NCBI GenBank assembly: GCA_944391315.1
Contig: CALXTD010000001.1
Coordinates: 14,888-78,887, forward strand
Direction of reading: 5' to 3'
Length of the DNA: 64,000 bases
From: an uncultured Alphaproteobacteria bacterium
GTDB taxonomy: Bacteria > Pseudomonadota > Alphaproteobacteria > RF32 > CAG-239
Shown here in pieces: positions 28,019 to 37,191 of the stretch. Each line of letters opens with the position of its first letter. Position 1 is the stretch's first letter. A program made the position numbers and the translations under genes. The notes under the pieces were generated by a model that was not told the origin of the DNA, made no database searches, and saw only the letters and a list, made by a program, of their open reading frames with translations.

Positions 28019-29365
28019 ATGAGTGATAAATTATTTGGAACAGACGGTGTGCGCGGGGTTGCCAATCAATTTCCGATGACGGCTGATTTTGCGCTTAAAC
28101 TGGCGATGGCGGCCGGAAATTTGGTTTGCACGTCAAAGAAAAAAGTGGCGATTGCCCGAGATACCCGTGTTTCGGGCAAAATGCTCGAATCGGCTTTGGC
28201 CTCCGGTTTTATGGCGGCCGGTGTTGATGTGTTGTTGCTTGGGGTTTTGCCAACGCCGGCTTTGACTACGGTCACCCCAACGCTTGATGTTGATATGGCG
28301 GTAATGATTACCGCGTCACACAACCCGTATCATGACAATGGTATCAAGCTAATTAATGCTCAAGGCGACAAGTTTTCTGATGAAGATACCGCCAAAATCG
28401 AAGCGGCGCTAAAAGCCGAAGATTTTTCTCTTTCTCCTGATAATATCGGGCAAGTGACAGAAGTTCCCGATGCGGTTGTAGCCTATTTAGATAAGGTTTT
28501 GCCGATTGTCGGTGCTGATGAGCAGCCGCTTAAAGGCTTGCGTATTGTGCTTGATTGTGCCAATGGAGCTTTTTATAAAATTATGCCCGAGATTTATAAA
28601 AATCTTGGTGCCGGTGTGATTGCTTTGGCGCATGAACCTGATGGTTGTAACATCAACAAAGACTGCGGTTCTCAGCATATTGATAATATGCTCAAAGTTG
28701 TTAAAGAAGCTCATGCTCACCTTGGTATTGCTTGCGACGGCGATGGTGACAGAATCATTGTTTGCAACGAAAAAGGCGAAAAAGTTGCGAGCGAACAGCT
28801 GATTGCATTTCTTGCGCAAAATATGAAAGAGCAAGGTGTTCTTAACAATCGTCCGGTGGTTTCGACAATCGTGTCTAATACCGGATTAGATAGTTTTATC
28901 CGCTCTTTGGGGGTTGAATATTATGCAACCAAAGTCGGTGAGCGCTATGTGATTGAAAAGATGAAAGAAGTCAAAGCAGCTGTTGGCGGTGAAGAATCAG
29001 GGCATTTAGTGTTGGGAGATTATTCAAAAACCGGTGATGCTTTGGTTGTTGGTTTGTTCTTGAGTTTGGCTTTGGTCAACAGCAAAAAGAAAATGAGCGA
29101 GCTGTTTCCGGTCTTTTCTTTGGAGCCGGTGGCGGCGTTTAATTTGCGTTTTGCTGATAATGCCGTGGTTAAAAAAATTATGGCCGATGAACAAGTTTTG
29201 AAAGCAGCCGATGCGGCTTCACAAAAAGTGGCAACCTGCGGGCGCGTGGTTTTCCGTGCCTCGGGGACAGAGCCGGTGGTTCGTATTTGGGTTGGCGGCA
29301 AAGATGAAACTTTGGTTAATGAAGCTGCTGCTGATATTAAAAAAGCTGTTGAACAAGCTGCTTAA
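28019..29365 (+). CDS. glmM: Phosphoglucosamine mutase
   Basis: LFGTDGVRG N-terminus, active-site ITASHNP, GEESGH motif. Confidence 0.9.
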   Translation: MSDKLFGTDGVRGVANQFPMTADFALKLAMAAGNLVCTSKKKVAIARDTRVSGKMLESALASGFMAAGVDVLLLGVLPTPALTTVTPTLDVDMAVMITASHNPYHDNGIKLINAQGDKFSDEDTAKIEAALKAEDFSLSPDNIGQVTEVPDAVVAYLDKVLPIVGADEQPLKGLRIVLDCANGAFYKIMPEIYKNLGAGVIALAHEPDGCNINKDCGSQHIDNMLKVVKEAHAHLGIACDGDGDRIIVCNEKGEKVASEQLIAFLAQNMKEQGVLNNRPVVSTIVSNTGLDSFIRSLGVEYYATKVGERYVIEKMKEVKAAVGGEESGHLVLGDYSKTGDALVVGLFLSLALVNSKKKMSELFPVFSLEPVAAFNLRFADNAVVKKIMADEQVLKAADAASQKVATCGRVVFRASGTEPVVRIWVGGKDETLVNEAAADIKKAVEQAA

Positions 29366-29435
29366 TTTTTGATGTCTAGTTATATGAAAAAAACGCGGGG
29401 ATTTGCTCCTCGCGTTTTTTGTTGAAGATAAAAAC

Positions 29436-30287
29436 CTAAAAAGCGAGGACGGGGCGGACCTCGCGGCTGGAGTACTTACTGCCGTTGTTGCGCAAACCGT
29501 AACTGTCGCCAAAGTATGAGGCCCACGCGAAGTCGTAATTGCTCTCGGACGACGACCAAGCGTAGGTGCTGTCTGTGAATGTAGTCCCACCGACCTTCTC
29601 AAATCCTAAATTTATTGCCGTTTGGTTATTATAATATGAGGTAAATATTCCTGCTGCCGGTAAGCACCAATCTCCCGCACTCGTTCCTTCCGTTTTATAC
29701 TCATTTGCTGCCCATACCGCAGGATACTTGCTCTTATTTCCCGCTGCCATTATTTTTTTACTATTCTCACAACTTGCGACGTCTTGTGAGGCTGATGAAG
29801 CTGAACTATAGTTCGTTAAACCAGAGATATCGACATATTCTGATGACCACTTATAGCTGCCTATCGACTTTAAGGCCAGCGCCTGTCCGCCGCCAGTACC
29901 ATCTATATAGACTACGATTCCTATTGGCGTTTTACCTAACATTAAATTCGACGAACAACTCTTATCCGAATATAATATACTTCCTATATAGCAGACTTCT
30001 TTTGGTGTTTCTAAATCCTCCACCTTCTGTTCGATCTCCATTATTTTATTTGTTTGTTCTGTTATCTTATTCGTTAATTCTGTAATTTTTTCTGTTATCT
30101 CGGTTTTGATTTCGTTGATACTGCAATTCCAAGCTTCACCGAAGGGGCATTTTATGCCGCTGTCGCATGCTGTGCTGCTGGTGTAACCGAGGGAAGAACA
30201 AGTCGGGGTTGGAACGCAGGTTTGGGCTTGGGTTATGCCGCAACTTATTATGATTGCCGTTGTGGTGTAATAGAATATTCTTTTCAT
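29436..30287 (-). CDS. Secreted protein: signal peptide, Cys-rich CxxPxCxxLGYT module, coiled-coil heptads, C-terminal DUF1566 (Lcl-C-terminal-like) domain
   Basis: Start at MKRIFYY after RBS gaggag; motifs GDWCLPAAGIF, YAWSSSE and C-terminal EVRPVLAF are shared with the 41.9-46.1 kb genes. Confidence 0.7.
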   Translation of the reverse strand: MKRIFYYTTTAIIISCGITQAQTCVPTPTCSSLGYTSSTACDSGIKCPFGEAWNCSINEIKTEITEKITELTNKITEQTNKIMEIEQKVEDLETPKEVCYIGSILYSDKSCSSNLMLGKTPIGIVVYIDGTGGGQALALKSIGSYKWSSEYVDISGLTNYSSASSASQDVASCENSKKIMAAGNKSKYPAVWAANEYKTEGTSAGDWCLPAAGIFTSYYNNQTAINLGFEKVGGTTFTDSTYAWSSSESNYDFAWASYFGDSYGLRNNGSKYSSREVRPVLAF

Positions 30288-30303
30288 TTTTGTTCTCCTC
30301 ATT

Positions 30304-31113
30304 TTAATAAGCTGGGCAAAAGCCGCAATAATAAGTATAGTTGTTTTGGCAGGTGGTCATGTACCACAAGCCCGAACATTCTTCATATTCGCAAATCATT
30401 CCTTGCGGGCAAGTGGTGTATTTTCCCAAGTTCGGGCAAGGTTTGCAGTTATCATATTTAATTACATCACCGGATTGGCAAGTTTCGGCATCGGCTTCCC
30501 CACCCATTGAGCCGCAATCTTGAAAGCCGTCACAAGGATTAGGTTTGACTTTATATTTTTTAATACCGTCGCAGTCTAAACAAGCTTCGCCGTCTTGAAT
30601 ATAACCTTCGGGAATAGAGGTCACATCATAGCCTTCGCCGCAAGGCGTGCAATCGCAAGAGGCATATTTGCCACCGCAAGCTTCGCCAACACCATAATAA
30701 GGTGCTTCACAAGTTACATAACCTGATGGGCAAACAGAAATGCATTCGGAATAATACGGACCATAAGGACATTTCTTGCCGCCGAGTTTATAGCCATCAG
30801 GACAAGAAGCATAAATAAAGCCTTCATTAAAGCAACGGTCACGAGGATTAAAATCATAGTCCGGCGGATTACTGGAGTTGCCAAAGATATTGTCTTCGCA
30901 TTCGGACATATCAGTCACAAAACAGACGGCGGCTAATTGAATTTCATCAGGTGAAGGCAAACGCGGAGCAGAATAAAGGTGTGTGTGAAGCGTGTCGGCA
31001 AGTTGTGTTTCATCTATGATAAAAGAAATATCAGCTTTGGCGTTGCTTGGAAAAAGTCCTGTCACCAAACAAAGCGCCGCGGCCAGAACCGCCTTTTGTC
31101 GTGAGATAAACAT
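30304..31113 (-). CDS. Secreted cysteine-rich protein; homologous to the N-terminal half of the fused gene at 41924-43636
   Basis: Signal peptide; CFNEGFIYASCPDGYKLGGKKCPYGPYYSECISVCPSGYVTCEAPYYGVGEACGGKYASCDCTPCGEGYD is nearly collinear with the 41924 product. Confidence 0.7.
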   Translation of the reverse strand: MFISRQKAVLAAALCLVTGLFPSNAKADISFIIDETQLADTLHTHLYSAPRLPSPDEIQLAAVCFVTDMSECEDNIFGNSSNPPDYDFNPRDRCFNEGFIYASCPDGYKLGGKKCPYGPYYSECISVCPSGYVTCEAPYYGVGEACGGKYASCDCTPCGEGYDVTSIPEGYIQDGEACLDCDGIKKYKVKPNPCDGFQDCGSMGGEADAETCQSGDVIKYDNCKPCPNLGKYTTCPQGMICEYEECSGLWYMTTCQNNYTYYCGFCPAY

Positions 31114-31256
31114 AATACTTCTCCTATCTCGTTTGCCTTCACGACTCGATTATAGCATAATTTCGCAAAGTTTTCAATATAATTTTTATTTTGAGATGGG
31201 AGAGTAGTGAAAAAATTCTTGATTTTTTTTAAGTCTTTATTTACTTTACGGGATGT

Positions 31257-31508
31257 ATGATGCAATCAGTTGGAGTTTGTTTTATAGGAGGCTCTATGAA
31301 TAGTCGCATTATCGAAAATTATGATTGGTCTAAATATAACTCTAAGACACAAGCTCGTCGCGGTAATATGGAACTGATTGCCGCTACTGTAATTAAAGGT
31401 GGGGAAATTGTTTCTACCCCATCTCGTCAGCGTTTTGTTTGGCCGCGCAGCTTTGAAGAAAGTAATAGCCGTATTCTTTCTCGCCGTGTGTGGGGGCAGG
31501 CTAAATAA
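31257..31508 (+). CDS. Small hypothetical protein
   Basis: 83-aa ORF with no recognised motif. Confidence 0.35.
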   Translation: MMQSVGVCFIGGSMNSRIIENYDWSKYNSKTQARRGNMELIAATVIKGGEIVSTPSRQRFVWPRSFEESNSRILSRRVWGQAK

Positions 31509-31829
31509 ATGTTTCGCGGTTTGGCGGCTCTGTTTTCTTCCGGAATTTTGCTTAATCCCGTGGCTTTGTTAGCCCTTATTCTTGGGGTGATTGAAGGCGT
31601 TAAGTTTGATTCTGCTCAGCTTTTTGAGTTTTTTACAAATTGGCCGGTTTATGCTTTAGCTGTTTTTGCGGCGGTTCTGTATAATTTTACTTTAGCGCGC
31701 CAATATCGTGATGAGAACGAAACTTCTCTTGATTATGCAAAAATGATTGCAAATTCTATGCGGACAGCTGTTTCTTTTATGGTTATTAATATTTTATCCG
31801 TATTGTTTATAAATTTTCTTATCTGGTAA
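31509..31829 (+). CDS. Small hypothetical membrane protein
   Basis: 106 aa with 3 predicted TM helices. Confidence 0.5.
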   Translation: MFRGLAALFSSGILLNPVALLALILGVIEGVKFDSAQLFEFFTNWPVYALAVFAAVLYNFTLARQYRDENETSLDYAKMIANSMRTAVSFMVINILSVLFINFLIW

Positions 31830-31831
31830 GT

Positions 31832-31870
31832 TAAAACCCCTTTGATAAAATTTCAAAGGGGTTTTTGTTT
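31832..31870. terminator. Bidirectional intrinsic terminator
   Basis: aaaacccctttga / tcaaaggggtttt stem flanked by A- and T-runs; sits between convergent genes. Confidence 0.55.
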
Positions 31871-31880
31871 GGATATATCT

Positions 31881-32054
31881 CTACAGCGATATGTCAACAT
31901 TTGTGCCGACAGTCGATGAGCTTGGTACTGAGCGGTCAGGGTCTAATAAGGTCTCTATTACCTGCTGCTGCATTTCAATCTGTTGTTTTACCAACGACAT
32001 CTGCATCTCTTGTACGGCAAGGGCATATGAACTTATTGCACCTAATTCAGCCAT
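31881..32054 (-). CDS. YjfB-like putative motility protein family (PF14070-like) small protein
   Basis: MAELGAISSYALAVQEMQMSLVKQQIEMQQQVIETLLD ... NVDISL matches the family pattern; RBS ggaga; start moved in from the longer track ORF. Confidence 0.5.
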   Translation of the reverse strand: MAELGAISSYALAVQEMQMSLVKQQIEMQQQVIETLLDPDRSVPSSSTVGTNVDISL

Positions 32055-32147
32055 GTTGTTTCTCCATTTTAGATTGCTTCTTGCACTTATCCTTACTATC
32101 AAGATTGATTATAGCATAAAAATCTTAAACTTTCACTAAAAAAATGG

Positions 32148-32176
32148 TGGACAAAATTTCGAAAACGTTGTATTAT
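32148..32176 (+). promoter_or_regulatory. Sigma70-like promoter candidate (TGGACA-N17-TATTAT)
   Basis: Read directly; 24 bp upstream of the 32200 ATG. Confidence 0.3.
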
Positions 32177-32199
32177 TCGGCAAATTTAAGGAGTTTTGC

Positions 32200-33780
32200 A
32201 TGCAAAATAAGATTAACCTGTCAACACTGAATGCAAAGATTGCGCAAGAGATTGTGCAATTTAAGCGCTTTGATTTGCTTGTAAAACATTTTCCGACGGC
32301 AAAGCAGATGGTGGAATATTCAAATTTTGTTCCACAATATCCTCAGCGAAAAAATTCGGTTTTGGCTTTGTTGGTGCAGAGCGGTGATGCTTTTTTGTTG
32401 CGTCGTTTTTGGGATTTTTATTTTGTGAAGCAGTCTGCTCCTGCTGAATGTGAAGAAAAATTTCTTGATGGGACAGATGCTGCCGGTCAAATGATAAATT
32501 ATCATTATTTTCGTAATGATGCGCCGTTTGAGGTCTTGCGTGAAGAGGCTGCTTTTCGGAATGTTGATTGTGCTGACTTTAATTATTCTCTTACACCAAA
32601 ACAAGCTGCTCGTTGGAAAATTTATAGTTTTTTGAAACAAAAGCGTAAATCTTTGGAGAAAAAGAAGCCATTGTCGGTAAATATTTCTCCTTTTGAAAGA
32701 AAATTTGATGCTTCGACAAAGACAATTAATGAAGCTGTAACATTGCCCAATAGTGGTGCTTGGCAAAAAGACGTTAAGCCCTTTGATAAGGTTGTTTTTG
32801 TTCGAGATAAAGAAAATTTTTCGGAACAAGTGGATTTAGATATTGCTTCTGATGTTTCTTTTACTGAGCAGGTTTTTAGAAATGCAGACTTTCCTGATGA
32901 ATTTTTTTGGGCAGGAGATATGCTGCGTTTGTGGAATAAGGCCTTTCCAAAGTTTGAGAAAAACGAGGCGGCGCTTTTTTTTGCTAAAAATAATGGGGTT
33001 TTGATGCTTCATCAGGATAGATCTTCGCAAAAGTTGAATTTGAAGTCAGGTAACGATGCGTCTGCATATTTACAATATAATAATGATGATTTTTTGGTGT
33101 TTGGAATTAATTATAAAAAGTGCTATTTGGAAGAAAAATATTTTCAAAATATTATTCGACATGAGTTGACTCATGGCGTTGATTTGTTTGATGATAAAGT
33201 TTGTTCTTATGAGTTTTCTGAATCTGATTTTATGAAATTTTGTGATGTGTTGCTTTATCAAGAACGTCATAACTTTGTGCGAAATGTCGTTAATTATTAT
33301 AGTCCGGAAGATCGTCGTGTTGAATTATTGGCAAAAATTATGGAGCGAGATTCTGAGGCTGTTAATAATCATCCTCTTATACCTTCAATTAAAAATTCTT
33401 TTACTGCGTTTACCAAATGGCGGCTTGAAAATAATCAGCAAAAAATTGAGCAATTTAATGGGCTGGTTCGCAAAAATCTGGGAGAGCATCGCTATAATAA
33501 GTGGTGTGAGGTGTTTGATGCTTTTGAAGATTATGCTGCTTCAGATACTTCTTTTGATTGGAAACATGCTTGGGATAAGCCGGATGCTAAAAATGAGAAA
33601 AAATTTCGCGCCTTTTTGAGTCACTTTTATAAAACCTTGGGAACAGGAGAGCGCATTGTTGATATCTGGGAAAATAAACTTGCCCATATGGCGGATGACT
33701 TTCTTGATAAAAATTCTTCTCAAAAAAGATTTTCAGCGCTTGATTTGTTTGGTAAAAATATTAAAAATAAAGAAATCTAG
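32200..33780 (+). CDS. Hypothetical protein with HExxH zincin-like motif (IIRHELTHGVDLFDD)
   Basis: 526-aa orphan ORF with an HELTH motif mid-protein. Confidence 0.6.
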   Translation: MQNKINLSTLNAKIAQEIVQFKRFDLLVKHFPTAKQMVEYSNFVPQYPQRKNSVLALLVQSGDAFLLRRFWDFYFVKQSAPAECEEKFLDGTDAAGQMINYHYFRNDAPFEVLREEAAFRNVDCADFNYSLTPKQAARWKIYSFLKQKRKSLEKKKPLSVNISPFERKFDASTKTINEAVTLPNSGAWQKDVKPFDKVVFVRDKENFSEQVDLDIASDVSFTEQVFRNADFPDEFFWAGDMLRLWNKAFPKFEKNEAALFFAKNNGVLMLHQDRSSQKLNLKSGNDASAYLQYNNDDFLVFGINYKKCYLEEKYFQNIIRHELTHGVDLFDDKVCSYEFSESDFMKFCDVLLYQERHNFVRNVVNYYSPEDRRVELLAKIMERDSEAVNNHPLIPSIKNSFTAFTKWRLENNQQKIEQFNGLVRKNLGEHRYNKWCEVFDAFEDYAASDTSFDWKHAWDKPDAKNEKKFRAFLSHFYKTLGTGERIVDIWENKLAHMADDFLDKNSSQKRFSALDLFGKNIKNKEI

Positions 33781-33805
33781 TTTATTTTTTTTTCTTTGAA
33801 AAGGT

Positions 33806-35617
33806 TTGATTGTGGCGGATATTGCTTACGGGCTAGAAGTGTTGAAAAAACATATTGCCATTGCACCGGAAAAACCTGGGGTTTATCGGATGATCGGTGA
33901 GGGCGATAAGGTTCTTTATGTCGGTAAAGCAAAAAATATTAAAAAACGAATCGTTGCTTATTCTCATTTTAATCGTTTGCCGGCTCGTTTGCAGCGTATG
34001 GTTTCCGAAATTAAACGTATGGAATTTATTATCGTTGAAAGCGAAGCCAAAGCTCTTTTGGTTGAAAACGAACTGATTAAAAATCTTGAACCTAAATATA
34101 ATATTCTGCTAAAAGATGATAAAACCTTTCCTCACTTGATGATTGACGTTCAATCCGAATTTCCGGCGTTGCGCAAGTATCGTGGTGCGCGCAATGACAA
34201 GTGTAAATATTTTGGGCCTTTTGCCAGTATCGGTGCGGTTAATTCCGTGTTGGATACGGTGCAGAAAGCTTTTTTGTTGCGGTCTTGCCGCGATAATGTG
34301 TTTCATAATCGCCAGCGTCCCTGTTTGCTTTATCAGATTAAACGTTGTTCGGCTCCTTGCGTGGGAAAAATTTCTCAAGACAATTATCGTAAGCTGGTTA
34401 ACGAAGCGCTTGATTTCTTGGAAGGAAAGAACACCAAAATCCAAGATGAGTTTTCAAAACTGATGCAACAGGCCAGCGATAATCTCGATTTTGAACTGGC
34501 GATGTCTTATCGCGACAGAATCCGTGCGCTAACCAATGTGCAGAGCGGTAATATGGTGGAATATGCCGATATTAAGTCTTGCGATGTGGTGGCTTTGGCT
34601 CGGAAAAGCGATATGGTTTGCATTCAGGTGTTTTTTATTCGTTCCGGTCAAAACTGTGGTAATGTGCCTTATTTTCCAAAGCAAGCCGAAGGCGCTGAAG
34701 ATGCGGAAATTTTAGAAGCTTTTTTGAGTTCTTTTTACAATAATCATTTTCCGCCCAAAGAGATTATTGTTTCCGAGACTTTGCCGGGGAAAGACTTTTT
34801 GCAAGAAGCCCTCGGTGTTAAAATAAACACTTATCAAAAGGGTAACAAATTTAAATTGCAAGAGCGTGCACGTGAAAATGCTTTGGCTTCCATAGAGCGA
34901 AAAATAGCACTTGAGGCCTCGGTGCTTTCTAATCTGACGGAAATGCAACAGATATTTTCTTTGCCGAGAATCCCGCAACGAATCGAAGTTTATGATAACT
35001 CTCATATTCAAGGGGCTTATGCCATCGGAGCCATGATTGTGGCGACGCCTGATGGTTTTGATAAAAAACAATATCGCACGTTTAATATCAAAAATCCTGA
35101 CATTACCAATGATGACTTTGCGATGATGAAGGAGGTTTTAACGCGGCGCTTTGAGCGTATGACGCCTGAGAATCGTCCTGACGTGATATTGTTAGACGGT
35201 GGGCTCGGACAGCTTCACGCCGTGCATGAGGCACTTAAAAACTATGATCTTTCCGGTATTGCAATCATTGCCATTTCTAAAGGACCGGAGCGTAATGCCG
35301 GTAAGGAATTTTATCATCAAATGGGAAAAGAAAGTTTTTCTTTGCCGTTCCAATCTCCGATTGCTTTTTATATGCAAAATATTCGTGATGAAGCGCATCG
35401 CTTTGCTATCGGAACGCATCGCAAGCGCCGCGAAAAATCAATTTATAAATCGCGTCTTGATGAAATTGAGGGAATCGGCGCTTCACGTAAGCGCGATTTG
35501 CTTAACCATTTTGGGTCGGTTGAGGAAATTTCTCAAGCTTCGCTCAAAGATATTGAAAAAGTTACCGGTATAAGTAAAAAAACAGCGGAAAAAATTTATA
35601 ACTACTTCCATAGTTGA
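33806..35617 (+). CDS. uvrC: Excinuclease ABC subunit C
   Basis: GIY-YIG N-terminus (PGVYRMIGEGDKVLYVGKAKNIKKR), UvrBC-interacting region, RNase H-like and HhH C-terminus. Confidence 0.9.
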   Translation: MIVADIAYGLEVLKKHIAIAPEKPGVYRMIGEGDKVLYVGKAKNIKKRIVAYSHFNRLPARLQRMVSEIKRMEFIIVESEAKALLVENELIKNLEPKYNILLKDDKTFPHLMIDVQSEFPALRKYRGARNDKCKYFGPFASIGAVNSVLDTVQKAFLLRSCRDNVFHNRQRPCLLYQIKRCSAPCVGKISQDNYRKLVNEALDFLEGKNTKIQDEFSKLMQQASDNLDFELAMSYRDRIRALTNVQSGNMVEYADIKSCDVVALARKSDMVCIQVFFIRSGQNCGNVPYFPKQAEGAEDAEILEAFLSSFYNNHFPPKEIIVSETLPGKDFLQEALGVKINTYQKGNKFKLQERARENALASIERKIALEASVLSNLTEMQQIFSLPRIPQRIEVYDNSHIQGAYAIGAMIVATPDGFDKKQYRTFNIKNPDITNDDFAMMKEVLTRRFERMTPENRPDVILLDGGLGQLHAVHEALKNYDLSGIAIIAISKGPERNAGKEFYHQMGKESFSLPFQSPIAFYMQNIRDEAHRFAIGTHRKRREKSIYKSRLDEIEGIGASRKRDLLNHFGSVEEISQASLKDIEKVTGISKKTAEKIYNYFHS

Positions 35618-35668
35618 AAAAACTGAAATATTATATTTTTAACTTTTTGTTTGTTAACTTAACTAAGG

Positions 35669-36379
35669 GTGAGTATCGTGTATAATTTACCAAATCTTTT
35701 AACAATCTCTCGTATTGTTGTTATTCCCGTTATTTTTCTTTCAATTTATATTCATTCTTTGATGTGGTCGGTATTGGCGGCGGTATTGTTTATTATTGCC
35801 TCAATTACCGATTATTTTGACGGATATTTGGCGCGCAGTCGTAATGAAACTTCGGCTTTTGGGCGTTTGTTTGATCCGATTGCCGATAAGTTATTGGTGG
35901 TTTCTGCTCTGCTGATTATTGTCGCAAATCGTATGGTGCATGAAATCAGCTATATTCCGGTGGTTATTATCATGTGCCGCGAAGTCTTGGTCTCGGGCTT
36001 GCGCGAATTTTTGGCTGAGGTTAAAATCGGGATGCCTGTTACGCGTTTGGCTAAGTGGAAAACAGGTTTCCAGATGACAGCTCTGTCCTTAATCCTTTTG
36101 GGTGGGGTTAGTTCTTTCTTTGCTATTTCCGGTGAACTGTTGCTTTGGGTTGCCGGTGTGTTGACCTTTATTACCGGATATCAGTATTTTGAAAAAGGAA
36201 TGGAATATGTGCGCGGTGAAGCGGCTTCTCAGACAATTAAAAAAGAAGTGAAAGCGGCTACGCAGAAGGTTATTCAAGCTGCGGAAAAAGTAAAAAAGGT
36301 TGTTAAAAATAAAGCCAGAAAGTCTTCTGTGGCAAAAGCTAAAAAGGCTAAAGCAGCGTCTGCTCCAAAAGCAAAATAA
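35669..36379 (+). CDS. pgsA: CDP-diacylglycerol--glycerol-3-phosphate 3-phosphatidyltransferase with a ~50-aa Lys/Ala-rich C-terminal tail
   Basis: LPNLLTISRI ... DGYLAR ... FGRLFDPIADK CDP-alcohol phosphatidyltransferase motif; tail KAKKAKAASAPKAK. Confidence 0.85.
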   Translation: MSIVYNLPNLLTISRIVVIPVIFLSIYIHSLMWSVLAAVLFIIASITDYFDGYLARSRNETSAFGRLFDPIADKLLVVSALLIIVANRMVHEISYIPVVIIMCREVLVSGLREFLAEVKIGMPVTRLAKWKTGFQMTALSLILLGGVSSFFAISGELLLWVAGVLTFITGYQYFEKGMEYVRGEAASQTIKKEVKAATQKVIQAAEKVKKVVKNKARKSSVAKAKKAKAASAPKAK

Positions 36380-36396
36380 GTTGAGGAATATGTCTT

Positions 36397-37089
36397 TTGT
36401 CTGATATGCAAAAAAAACATATTTTGGTTGTTGATGATGATACAAGGCTTCGCTCTTTGTTGCAAAGGTTTTTGCTTAAGAGCGATTTCCTTGTGTCTTC
36501 TGCAAAAAATGCAAATGAGGCAAGAGCTCGGCTTTCTCAATATGATTTTGATTTGATTATTCTTGATATTATGATGCCCGAAGAATCGGGGCTTGAGTTT
36601 TTGCAAAAACTTCGTCAAGAAAGTGATGTTCCGGTTATTTTGTTGACGGCTATGGGCGAAACGGCAGATAGAATTGCCGGACTAGAGACCGGTGCTGATG
36701 ATTATTTGCCAAAGCCATTTGAGCCACAGGAACTTATTTTGCGGATTAAAAATATTTTGCGGCGCACTCCGGCTCAAAAACTTGCAGCTCCGGAAACGCT
36801 TTCTTTGGGGTTATGTGTGTATAATCTTACAACAAAAGAGCTTTTAACCAAGCAAGGACAGGTGGTGCATATTACACCAGTGGAACAGGCTTTGCTTTCG
36901 GTTTTGGCTCAGAAATTCGGGCAGGTTTTTTCTCGTGAAAAACTGGCAGAACTCTTAGGGGCAGGGCAGAGCCCTCGTTCGATTGATGTGCAGATTACTC
37001 GTTTGCGCAAGAAAATAGAAAAAGATTCTAAAAATCCGCGCTTTTTGCAGACTGTTCGCGGCAAGGGATATATGCTCCTTTCGGAGTAA
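36397..37089 (+). CDS. OmpR-family two-component response regulator (ChvI-like)
   Basis: Receiver domain (LVVDDD, DLIILDIMMP) plus winged-helix domain (LTKQGQVVHITPVEQALL, RGKGYML). Confidence 0.85.
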   Translation: MSDMQKKHILVVDDDTRLRSLLQRFLLKSDFLVSSAKNANEARARLSQYDFDLIILDIMMPEESGLEFLQKLRQESDVPVILLTAMGETADRIAGLETGADDYLPKPFEPQELILRIKNILRRTPAQKLAAPETLSLGLCVYNLTTKELLTKQGQVVHITPVEQALLSVLAQKFGQVFSREKLAELLGAGQSPRSIDVQITRLRKKIEKDSKNPRFLQTVRGKGYMLLSE

Positions 37090-37191
37090 AGTTTTTTTTT
37101 CATTTTGAAATGTTTTGTTAGTTTATTTTACTGGAATTTATTTTCTTTTCATTCTACTATCTAAGCAGTTAAAATTTTGGAGTGTTTTATT

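Noticed and set aside
32320-32829. 169-aa minus-strand ORF
   Set aside because: Antisense inside the 32200-33780 gene; composition artefact of AT-rich DNA.
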